A stretch of 64,000 bases of DNA from an uncultured delta proteobacterium (GTDB lineage Bacteria; Desulfobacterota; Binatia; UBA9968): assembly GCA_963804165.1 (NCBI GenBank), contig CAWDPO010000010.1, positions 96,001 through 160,000 of the forward strand. The letters are read 5' to 3'. The position numbers and the translations under genes are program-made. Each line of letters begins with the position of its first letter. Position 1 is the first letter of the stretch. Positions 10,994-21,704 of the stretch are shown here, one piece after another. The notes under the pieces were generated by a model. The model was not told the DNA's origin. It worked only from the letters and a program-made list of their open reading frames with translations, and searched no databases.

Positions 10994-12131
10994 CTAGATC
11001 CCAGAAAGTAGTAAACCACGGAGAAAATTCCGTCGGTGATCGCGATCAAGATAATGCCGCTCACGACGGCGCTGGTGGTCGATTCGCCGACCGCGGCTGC
11101 GCCGGTTTTGGTTTGCAAGCCGCGCAGGCAGCCGATGCCGGCGACGAGAATGCCGAACACAAACGATTTCACCAGACCGCCGACCAGCGAGCCCGTAGCT
11201 CACGGCGTACTGGATTTGATGAAAATAGGTGACCAGCGGAAAACCCAACGAGAGCATGACGACCGCCCCGCCGATCAATCCTATCAGATCCGCGAAGATC
11301 GTCAGCAGCGGCGTCATGCATACGGCTGCGACCACCCGCGTGACGATCAAGAAGCGCACGGGATCGAGTCCCATGGTTTTGAGCGCGTCGATCTCTTCGC
11401 GCACTTTCATCGTGCCGAGCTCCGCGGCGAACGCCGAGCCCGAGCGGCCCGCTAAAATGATCGCGGTCATCAACGGACCCAATTCGCGCAACATCGAAAG
11501 CCCGATCAAATTGGCGATAAAAAGCTGCGCGCCGAATTGACGCAACGGGATTGCCGCTTGAAAGGCCATAATCAGTCCCATCAGGAAACTGATCAGCGCC
11601 ACGATCGGTAAAGCGTTGACTCCGGCTAGTCTTCGGCGACTTGCAGCGCATCGCGCCAGCGCACGCTGCGCGGATGGATCGCCGCATACGCAAGTCCCAC
11701 ACCGAGCTCGCCGACAAAGCTGACAAGGATCTGAATGTCGCGCCAAACCTCGACTGTGGCTTCGCCAATTTCTCGGCGAGGCCGCCGCGCGCGATCCTCG
11801 CTGGCCTCGTCGACGGGAAGTCCGCGGATTCATCACCGAGCAAATTGGCGAACTCCGTCCGCAGCCCGTCGATTTCCAAACTCCCGCCAGCCTTGCTTTG
11901 CAGCCGGCGCAGATGAACTAACAAGGCGATTCCCGCGCCATCGCAATAATCGATTCCCGAAGCGTCGACCACCACACTTGCGGCTTTAGCGCCGCTGACG
12001 GTAGCCGTCGCCCGGCGCCATATTCCGCCCGTAGTGTTTGAGTCCAGACGACCCGCGATGGCGAGTTTGAATACACCATCCCGTGGCCCTTCCGAGCGCA
12101 ATTCGACACCGGTGTGCGAAGATAAAGCCAT
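10994..12131 (-). CDS. MlaE-like permease with N-terminal STAS domain, frameshifted
   Basis: STAS ([16 protein letters not shown]) followed by [36 protein letters not shown]. Confidence 0.85.
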
Positions 12132-12189
12132 TTCAATGACGGCAAGCAGACAACGGTATCATTATGCTTGGTCTTTCTGTGCGGTCAAC

Positions 12190-13500
12190 CTAGCGCGCAA
12201 CGGCGGCCTTACGTGGCGCGCGCAGTGCCACACTTAGGATCGCCGACAGCACCAGCGCCACAATAAATGCGACAAAAGAAGACCGATAACTGCCCGTGAC
12301 GTCATGGAGGAAACCAAAGAACGGCGCGCCCGCCGCGCCGAAGGCGTAAGTGACGAGGATGCCCAGTCCGCGGACTGTGCCGAGCGAGAGCCGGCCAAAA
12401 TAGGTCGCCCAGATCAGTTCCTGGAGCACGAAACTTCCGCCTAAGCCGATACCATAAAGAAAAAACCGACATAGATCGCCAGCTGTTCGCCGCTCGCCAT
12501 CGCCATCGCCAAGCCGGCCGCTTGGACAATAAACATCATTATGCTCGCATGGCGAATGTCGACGCGCTCAGAGATGAAACCCCAGATCAAAGTCGAGGCC
12601 AATTGCGTCAAAGCGATAATCGTTAACGTGGTCGCCGCCACCATCGCGGTAAATCCGATATCCGTGACGTAGGCGAACACATGGAGATTGAGACCGGCGA
12701 TACCGACATTGGCCATGCCGTACATGAAACAAATCGTCCAAAATGTACGAGTGCGCACGATTTCGCTTCGCGACCACAGCACTTCGTCCGCCACGGCGCG
12801 AGGTAACACGCCCGCGTCGCGCTTGGACGTGAGCGCCGCGGCGGACGCCATCGGGCGCTTCGACACCATCGGGCTTAAGTCCCATCTCCTCCGGACTGCG
12901 GCGCATGAACAACGCCGCGGGAATGACGACGAGCGCCAACGTCATCAAACCGAAAATCGCCCAAGTCGAACGCCAACCGACCCACACGAAAAGCGCTGCG
13001 GTAACAATCGGAATCAAAACCTTCGACAGTCCTTGACCGAGACTCGCCATGGCGATGGCGCGGCCGCGTTTGCGCAGGAACCAACGCAATATCGTGACGC
13101 TCACGACCATCTGACACATCAACACGCCGCCAATGGCGACGCAGGTCCAACGCACCAAGAGAAACTGCCAGAACGCGCCTACCTGACTAAGCAAGACGAA
13201 TCCCGCTCCGGCGGAAAAGGCGCCGGCGGTCATCAACCAACGTCCACCATAGCGATCAACCCATGGCCCGACCAGCGGCGCCAACGCTCCTGCGATAAGA
13301 ATTTCTCCCGATCGCAGCAAGGAAAATAATCCGCGCGACACGGCCAAATCTTCGGTTAAAGGTTTGAGAAACACGCTCAGTGTGCTCGACATGTGAAACG
13401 CGCAATTCACCTGCGCCAGAAATCCGACGGCGACGATGTACCAGCCATAAAAAATTTTAGGTTTGCGACGGAAAGGGTGAGTTGAGTTAACGGAATTCAA
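12190..13500 (-). CDS. MFS transporter, frameshifted
   Basis: IFYGWYIV start, GPWVDRYGGR motif, WFLRKRGRA; continues in ORFs 12441-12869 and 12190-12429. Confidence 0.8.
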
Positions 13501-13661
13501 GGTAGAATCACCGCGCAGCGAGAGTTCTCAAACTAGCAAGCTTCTCCTCCCTTGTAAAAGCAAACGACAAAGCTGCAATAGCTTGATTCTATGACTTGCG
13601 CCGAGTTATACACGGAGACGCCAATGCACGGAGAGTCATCGCCAATGAAAGGATTACTGTC

Positions 13662-14012
13662 ATGGCACGAAAAGGCTTGAGCCACATCGCTCTGAAGAGC
13701 CGAGATCTCAAGAAGTCCGAAGAGTTTTACGTCGGCGTGTTAGGCTTCAAAGTCGCATTCCGTCATCCGCCAAGCATGATATTTCTGACCACTCCAGGGG
13801 GTGGAGATCTATTGAACTTCGTGAAGAGCTCAGCCCGGGCGTCCGGGGCGCAAGGTCTGGAGCACATGGGGTTCAAGGTGACGCGGTCCAGGCTTATGAA
13901 ACTGGAAAACACGCTCAAAAGACACGGCGTCAAGATCTCTGGGCGCCGCGGCGAAGACGCCTTTTACTTCTCCGATCCCAATGGCTATCAGATCGAATAT
14001 TATTGCGATTAA
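13662..14012 (+). CDS. VOC (glyoxalase/bleomycin resistance) family protein
   Basis: LSHIALKSRDLKKSEEFY..LGF, HMGF, FYFSDPNGYQIE. Confidence 0.85.
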   Translation: MARKGLSHIALKSRDLKKSEEFYVGVLGFKVAFRHPPSMIFLTTPGGGDLLNFVKSSARASGAQGLEHMGFKVTRSRLMKLENTLKRHGVKISGRRGEDAFYFSDPNGYQIEYYCD

Positions 14013-14102
14013 GAATTCGCGAACGGGAATCTCAGCGGAAGGGCAAATCGCAAAGCTAGATTGGCTCTAAAGATCCGCTCGCCTCCCTTGATCTGCCACC
14101 TG

Positions 14103-14142
14103 AGCCCGGACTGGAATCAACCCGGCCGGGCTTTTTATTTTT
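14103..14142 (+). terminator. Rho-independent terminator
   Basis: AGCCCGG..CCGGGCT stem followed by TTTTATTTTT, between the convergent VOC and NRPS genes. Confidence 0.7.
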
Positions 14143-14200
14143 GGAGGTTATTCGATGGGTCTTTCTGCCACGTTTGGCTTCCTCAAAGCGTCCCGTTGCC

Positions 14201-17200
14201 TTATTTGTCTTGCTCTACTAGATAACGCTGCGCCTCCTCCTCAAATAGAGATTCCAACTCGGCTAAGACGCGAGATACTTCTTCCCCCTGCACCTCCCTC
14301 GGCCTGTCTTTCCATGATCGCGATTGCCAACTCTTCCACCGTCGGTTTCTCAAACAAGGCGCGTAGGGGTATGTCTATCTGAAAAGCTCTACCGATAAGC
14401 GAAATCACTTGCGTGGCCAGCAGAGAATGCCCCCCTATATGAAAGAAGTTGTCATGAATGCCGACTCGTTCCAGCTTGAGTATCTCCGCCCAGATCCTTG
14501 CGAGTGCCTCCTCGATTGACGTCCGCGGAGCCACGAAGCTCTCTTCGCTTTGATCCGGAAGCGGCAGGGCGTGGCGGTCAACCTTGCCGTTGGGAGTTAA
14601 AGGAAGTCCGTCCAACTCCACGAAGGCGGAAGGTACCATGTACTCCGGCAGCTTCTCTTTAACAAAAGTGCGTAGCTCGCCGGTGGGAAGAGATAGCTTC
14701 CGGTCGGCGACTATATAAGCCACGAGACGCTTCTCCCCTAGCGTGTCTTCTCGCGCCAGGACAACGGCCTCTTGCACACCGGGCGCTTGCCGAAGGACAC
14801 TCTCGATCTCGCCGAGTTCGATACGGAAGCCCCGGATCTTTACCTGGCCGTCGATCCGTCCCAGAAACTCGATATCGCCGTAGGGTAAGTAGCGAGCCAG
14901 ATCCCCGGTCTTGTACAGGCGCGCGCCGGGCTCGTCGCTGAAAGGATTGGCAATGAACCTCTCCTTGGTCAGGTCGGGTCGATTCAAATAGCCTCGAGCG
15001 AGGCCGTCACCGCCGATGTACAAATCGCCTGGAACTCCGATCGGAACAGGCTGGAGATGGGAGTCGAGAATATAGATCTGCGTGTTGGCAATAGGATGAC
15101 CAATGGCAATGCGACGCTCTTTCGAATCGACCCGGCAAAGGGTTGACCAGATCGTTGTTTCAGTGGGGCCATACAGGTTCCAGAGGGAAGTGCCCTTTAC
15201 CATCAATGGAGCGGCCAGCTCTAGCGGTAGCGCTTCTCCCCCGCAGAGCATTGTGAGTTGTTTGCCGCCTTGCCATCCCGCTTCGAGAAGGAGCCGCCAA
15301 GTCGCCGGAGTGGCTTGCATGGCCGTAGCGCCGTACTGGGCGAGCTTTGCTGCCAGGAGCGACCCATCGGAGGCTATTTCGCGACTGATGATGACCACAC
15401 GGGCTCCCACCGTTATAGGTAGAAAAATTTCTAGTGCTGCAATGTCGAAGGACAATGTGGTCACAGAGAGAAGAGTGTCCTGCTCCGTCAGTCCCGGCTC
15501 CTCGGCCATGGAGTGCAGGAGATTGACCACGGCACGATGGGAGATTTCCACTCCTTTAGGTTTGCCCGTCGAGCCTGAAGTGAAAATCACATAGGCCAGG
15601 TCATCGGAAGTCACATCGCTAACCGGTTGGCTATGGCTCCCCCGTTCGATAAGCTCCCAGTCGGTGTCGAGGCAGACTACGCGCGCTTTGTGATCGGGAA
15701 GCAGGTCCAGAAGGCGGTGCTGCGTCAGCAGCACGGCTACTGTACCGTCCAGCATGAAAGCCAACCGCTCCTTGGGATAGGCTGGATCCAGCGGCACATA
15801 GGCCCCACCCGCTTTGAGAACGGCTAGAAGGCCGACGACCATCTGCAAAGAGCGCTCGACGCAGATGCCAACGAGCGTTCCAGGCCCGACGCCGAGAGCC
15901 TGCAGGCAATGCGCCAGCTGATTGGCGCGGGTATTGAGTTCTCGGTAGGTGAGCTGTTGGTCTTCAAAGACCAAGGCTATGGTGTCCGGTGTTTTCTCTA
16001 CCTGAGTTTCAAACAGTTCATGAATGCACTTATCTTTTGGATAGTCGGTATGGGTGTCGTTCCACTCCACCAACAGTTGGTGTTTCTCAGACTCGGTGAG
16101 TAACGGTAGTTCGCTTATCCGCTGCTCCGGGGTGACTACGATGCTTTCAAGCAACGTCTGAAAATAGCCCAATAGCCGGGCGATGGTAGTCGACTCGAAC
16201 AGGTCGGAGTCGTAGACAAATATTAAATGAATCCCATCGTCGTGTTGGCGAATATAAAACTCTAGATCGAACTGCGGTGCGGCTTCATCAGGCCTTTTTA
16301 GAGGCCTCACGGTCAGCCCATCCAGTTCAAGACCGGCCTCTTTGAAATTGTACATGTTGATGAAGACTTGAAAGATGGGGGTCTTGCTTAAATCTCGTTG
16401 CGGCTGCAATTCTTCCACGAGTTTTTCAAAGGGAAGCTCCTGATGACCGTACGCGCCAAGCGCAACCTCGCGAACCCTCGTCAAAAGTTCAAGAAAAGTT
16501 GGGTTGCCTGACAAGTTCGTCCGCAACGCAAGGGAATTGAGAAATAAACCGATAAGGCCTTCAGTCTCGGATCGGTCCCTGCCCGCAACCGGAGTCCCGA
16601 CGACAATATCGTCCTCACCGGTGATCCTGTGCAGCAGCGTCTGAAAAGCCGCTAGGAGCGTCATAAAGAACGTTACGCTCGCCTTTCGGCTAAGAGATCG
16701 TAGAGCACCTTCCAGGTCCTTCGAAATCACCAAAGTGTGGCGTGCTCCCGGGCGATTGTGCAACGGTTTACGCGGATGATCGGTGGGCAAATTCAAGCTG
16801 GGCGATGCATTGATAAGCTGCTCTTTCCAATATGCCAAATGTTTTTCAAGCTCCGCACCCTGAAAAATATTTCGTTGCCAGAGCGCATAGTGCTTATACT
16901 GAATCGCTAGCTCCGGTAGCGGGGAAGACTTCCCCGCAGCGAAAGCCTGGTAAAGAACCGACAGTTCACGAAAAAATAATTCGATACACCAGTGATCCCA
17001 GGCAACATGATGACTGTCTATAATCAGGACATATTCAGCCCTGCCCAGTCGCACTAACGTTGCTCGGAGCAGTAAATCGCAAGAAAGGTCAAAGGAACGG
17101 CGATGCTCATTCTCAAAGAGTCGTTGGACTTCTAGTTCTAAATCGATGGAGGTTTCCTGCATCAGATCGATGATGGATAATTGAATAGACCCTACGTCGG

Positions 17201-20200
17201 AGATTCTCTGGACCAGGCTACCGTTGCTTGATTGAAACGTCGTACGCAGGGGCTCATGCCGCCGCACGATCTCCGAAAGAGCTTGCTCTAGAGCCTCAAT
17301 ATCAACTGGCCCGCTAAGCCGAAACCCCTGCGTGACTTTGTATGCTAGGTTGTTGGGTTCAAGTTGACTAAGGAACCAAAACCGCTCCTGGGAAAACGAC
17401 AGCGGATATTCCTGATCCATCGGCTCGACGATTATCGGCAAGGTCCTTATCCGGGCTTCTCCTTCGCGCAACGAGCCGATCAACTCAGCTAACCTGGCAA
17501 CGGTGGGATTCTCAAACAGGCTGCGCAAAGGCAGCTCCTCTTGGAAAGCTTGACGCACACGGGAGACAACCTGCGTGACTAACAGCGAATGCCCGCCCAA
17601 GTCAAAAAAGTTATCGTGAATACCGACCTTGTCTAGCTCAAGAACTTCGGCCCAAATGCCTGCGAGCAATTCCTCTGTGGCAGTACTAGGTGTTGCCAAG
17701 TTCTCCTCCAATTCGGGCCGGTTCTGATCCGGTATAGGAAGCGCATTACGGTCCACCTTACCGTTGCGGGTCAACGGCAAGGAATCCAAAAATACCAACG
17801 CCGAAGGCACCATGTACCCAGGAATTTTCTGCACAAGAAAATTTCTCAGTTCATCAATCGAGAGGAAGGGATCTTTCAGGAGAGGTATTTGTCGAATATG
17901 CGCTCCGTCTCGCTGCTCCTTCAGCAGCATCCTCCCGACAGACGGTCGAATCGCGTAAATGTAGCAGAGTTGAGTATTCTCAAGCAGAAGGTCCTGCTTT
18001 ACCGCAAGCTCGTAACCATGCCGTTGCAACAGGGCGGTAATGATGGGCAGGTTATTTTTAACGTCGACCTCCAGGACAATTTGTTTAATCTTCTGCCAGT
18101 CACTCTCTTCGATCCCTAACAAAACATCGAGCTCGCTTTTCTCTACGTTGATCTTGAGGAGATCAATGCATCCGATGTTTTCCTGTGCGATGATACTCGA
18201 CAGAGTCTTCAACTGAGCCGTAAAGGTCTGAGACGCAAATCGTTCGTCCAAAATGTCATCGGCTTGCGCCACAAGCTCGGCCATCTCGGAGATGCCCGCC
18301 TTCTGTTGATTGATCATGAAAGTCTTGACGACTTCCTTATCGGCTTGCGCATCAGCGTAAAAACCCGAGAGCAGGGAAAACCCCGGGAAGAACGTAAATG
18401 TAGCGCTCTTTGCTTCGCTGGATAGTCCACAGTTAAACAGTCTCACGTCGGATCCATAAAGCGTCGCGTTGGCGCTCAGAATCTCATAGACTTCGGGATT
18501 GGGTTCAAACGAATATAGCCTTGGCCGCTTGGCGATCTGATTGGCAAAAAGCGTAAATAAGCCGATGTTGGCCCCAACGTCGAAAATGCAATCGCCATCC
18601 TTGATGGTTATTCCGTGCCTAAGGTAGGCTTGGCGCCCGAAGATCTCTTGATAGATGTAGTCAGTCTCATTCTTGTTGAGCTGCGCCACCGCTGCCCCGT
18701 TGGGAAGACGATAACGTGGCTTGCCACCCACTTGGGGAGCACGATCAGATCGAGGAATGACATAAGCGATCAGTCGTTTGTCGCCGGGCTCATCCTCGCG
18801 TACCGCCACCACGCTCTCCCGAATGTCCGGATGTTGTTTCAACGCGGCCTCGATTTCGCCCGGCTCAATACGGTAGCCGCGGATCTTGACTTGATGGTCC
18901 GTGCGCCCGAGAAATTCGATGTTACCGTCGGGTAGGTAGCGGGCTCGATCTCCGGTCTTATAAAGTCGCGCGCCTGGCTCGTCACTAAACGGGTTGGGAA
19001 TAAATTTTTCGGCGGTCAGCTCAGGACAGTTGAGATATCCTCGCGCAAGCCCAAGGCCACCGATATGCAGCTCTCCCGGAACACCCACCGGAACAAGGTT
19101 TCGATTGCCATCGAGCAGATAGACCTGTGTGTTCGCAATAGGACGACCGAGGGGGAGCGTGGACGACTGAGTAGGCCGCACATCTTGCTCGACTCGGTAC
19201 GTGAGCACACCAATAGTCGCTTCCGTCGGGCCGTAGTGATTCATGATAGCGCAGTCGGGAGCGAGCAGCGCTTGAATATTCTTGATCCACTGTGAATCGG
19301 AGGCTTCGCCCCCGAGGATTAGCAATTTGCGCGGCAGAACGCGTTCAGGGTGCGATGCGCTCTGTAGAGCGGCCAGATGAGAGGGAACGATCTTTAGACA
19401 GTCAATGGCATAGCGGCTAAAATAATCCGCCATTGCATTCGCATCGGCAATTCTGTCCTCGGATATCACATGGAGCGAGCCGCCGGTGCACAAACAGGAA
19501 AATATGATCGTGTTGCCCAAATCGGCTGCGATTGTGGAGACCGTCGCAAAGCTCGCATTTGTTGGAAGGTTCAGCCTGTCGAGCACCCCGAGCAGATAAT
19601 TGTTTAGTTGGCGATGCTCAACAGCGACTCCCTTGGGTTGACCTGTGGATCCGGAGGTATAGATCACGTAGGCGATGTTGTTTGTCGTTGGTACGCTGAT
19701 CTGAGGATCATCGCCTTGCCGTTCAGTCGCTTGCCAGTTGCGGTCCAGACAAAATATCGGCGCAATTTTCTCGGGAAGGCCTTTGACGAGTCGTTCTTGA
19801 GTCAGCAGTAGTTTCGCTCGTGTCTCCTTCAGTATGAAGGCCAGTCGCTCCCGCGGATACGACGGATCGAGCGGCACATACCCCCCACCCGCTTTCAATA
19901 TGCCCAAGAGTCCGATGATCATCTCCAGGGATCGCTCCAGGCAAATGCCTACCAAGGTTTCAGGACCAACACCCTTTTTCCTAAGGGACTGTGCCAACTG
20001 ACTCGCTTTGATATTGAGTTCACGATAAGTGAGCTCCTGATTCTCGAAGACGACGGCGATGGCGTCAGGTGTTTTCTCGACCTGGGCTTCGAAACGCTCG
20101 TGGATACATTGGTCCTGTCCGTCGTCTTTCCTGGTGTTGTTTGACTCGAGTAGCAATTGATACTTTTCGGCTTTGGTGAGTATGGGCAATTCAGATAGAC

Positions 20201-21704
20201 GCCGATTCGGATCCGCGACAATACCCTGGAGTAAAATCTGAAAATGACCCAGCAGCCAACTGATCGTCGCGGCATCGAAGAGATCCGTGCTGTATTCCAT
20301 CGTCGCCCTAAGCCCTTGCGGTTCATCTGCCACGGACAGAAACAAATCAAATTTAGCTCCGGCATCTGCTCTCTCGACCGGGTTGACCGTGAGACCAAGC
20401 AGCTCCATCGGTCGGCTCGGTACATTTTGTAGGGCAAGTGCTACCTGGAAAAGCGGGGAGTGACTGAGGTTACGCTCCGGGTGGAGTTCTTTCACCAATT
20501 TTTCAAATGGCACATCCTGATGATTGTACGCTGCCAACGCGACTGCACGGATCCGAACCAATAACTGTCTGAATGGCGGGTCTCCCGATAGATCTCCCCG
20601 CATAACCAGGGTATTGACGAAAAATCCGATCAGCGGCTCGATTTCCACTCGAGCCCGATTGGCAATCGGTGAACCCACGGCAATGTCATCCTGTCCCGTG
20701 TAACGATGCAGCAGCGTTTGAAAGGCCGCCAACAGGGTCATGAAAAGAGTCGCCTTTTCATTGCGGCTCAAATCCTTGAGCCCGCTGCTCAGTTCCTTGG
20801 AAAGGATCAATGATTGACGCGCTCCCCGATAACTCTGAACCGCCGGTCGAGGGTGGTCCGTGGTGAGCTGCAGTGTCGCAACACCCAGTAGGTGTTTTCT
20901 CCAATAGGAAACCTGCTTCTCTAGAACCTCTCCTTGTAACCAATCCCGTTGCCAGACCGCATAGTCCGCATACTGAATAGGTAACTCTCGCAGCGGTGAT
21001 GGTTTTCCCTCGGAGAATGCTTCGTAGAGGACTGAGAGTTCACTGAAGAACACTCCCATTGACCAGCCGTCCGATACAATGTGATGCATGGTCACAAGAA
21101 AGAAGTGATCGTCATCGTCCAGCCGTAGTAACTGAGCTCGCAAGAGTGGTCCTCGGCCCAAATCAAAAGGGCGTTGCGCTTCTTCGGCGACTAGACGTCG
21201 CGTTTCTGTCTCACGCTCGGTTTCCGGGTGATCACCGATTTCCACCACCGCCAGAGGCAAGTTCAATGAGGACGAGACGACCTGAACGGGTTGCTCGTCT
21301 ACGATAGAAAAAGTGGTCCGAAGAACCTCGTGGCGCCGCACGATCTCGTTGAGACTATTTTCCAGGGCAATTCTATTTAGCTGACCCTTCAGGCGAAAAG
21401 CAGCAACCATGTTGTAAGCGATGTTGCCGGGCTCCAACTGATCCAGAAACCATAGCCGTTCTTGGGCAAGAGAAAGTGGCCGAGCACCCGCCCGCGAGAT
21501 CGTCGGGACGGGCCAAAGCTGGGAACGGACAGCACGATTTGCCTCCTGGAGAAATGCCAGGATGTCATCTTCGTGCTCGGTCAGTTCGGCACGCAGAGCT
21601 GGAGACAGTACCCCGCTGGGCGCGCTATAGCGCAGGCGGTCGCCCTCAATCCAAACCTTCACGTCGAGAGCACGCAGCCGTGTCAACAGGTCGACGGTTT
21701 TTAT
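14201..21704 (-). CDS. Bimodular NRPS: docking-C-A(Asp)[FkbM-type MT]-T-C-A(Gly)-T-docking
   Basis: TubC-type N-terminal docking domain; C1 HHIVSDG; A1 code read by eye DLTKIGHIGK (Asp-type); MT FDVGANIG..FEP..DLLKINVEKSE between A8 and A9; T GGHSL twice; C2 HHVAWDH; A2 code DILQLGLIWK (Gly); start probably ATA at 21704; 1-nt frameshift near 14297 restores the tail LAELESLFEEEAQRYL ending at TAA 14201. Confidence 0.92.

Noticed and set aside
5967-13500. Programmed frameshifting or mass pseudogenisation
   Set aside because: Indels are numerous, lack consistent slippery sites and also hit lgt; sequencing error is more parsimonious
13662-14012. VOC gene as a self-resistance gene of the NRPS-PKS cluster
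   Set aside because: Only adjacency supports it; it is convergent and separated by a terminator
14040-14100. AGGGCAAA..CGCAAAGC..CTAAA resembling c-di-GMP-I riboswitch segments before a terminator
   Set aside because: The P2 stem with GNRA loop is absent and no same-strand gene follows; an Rfam RF01051 search would settle it
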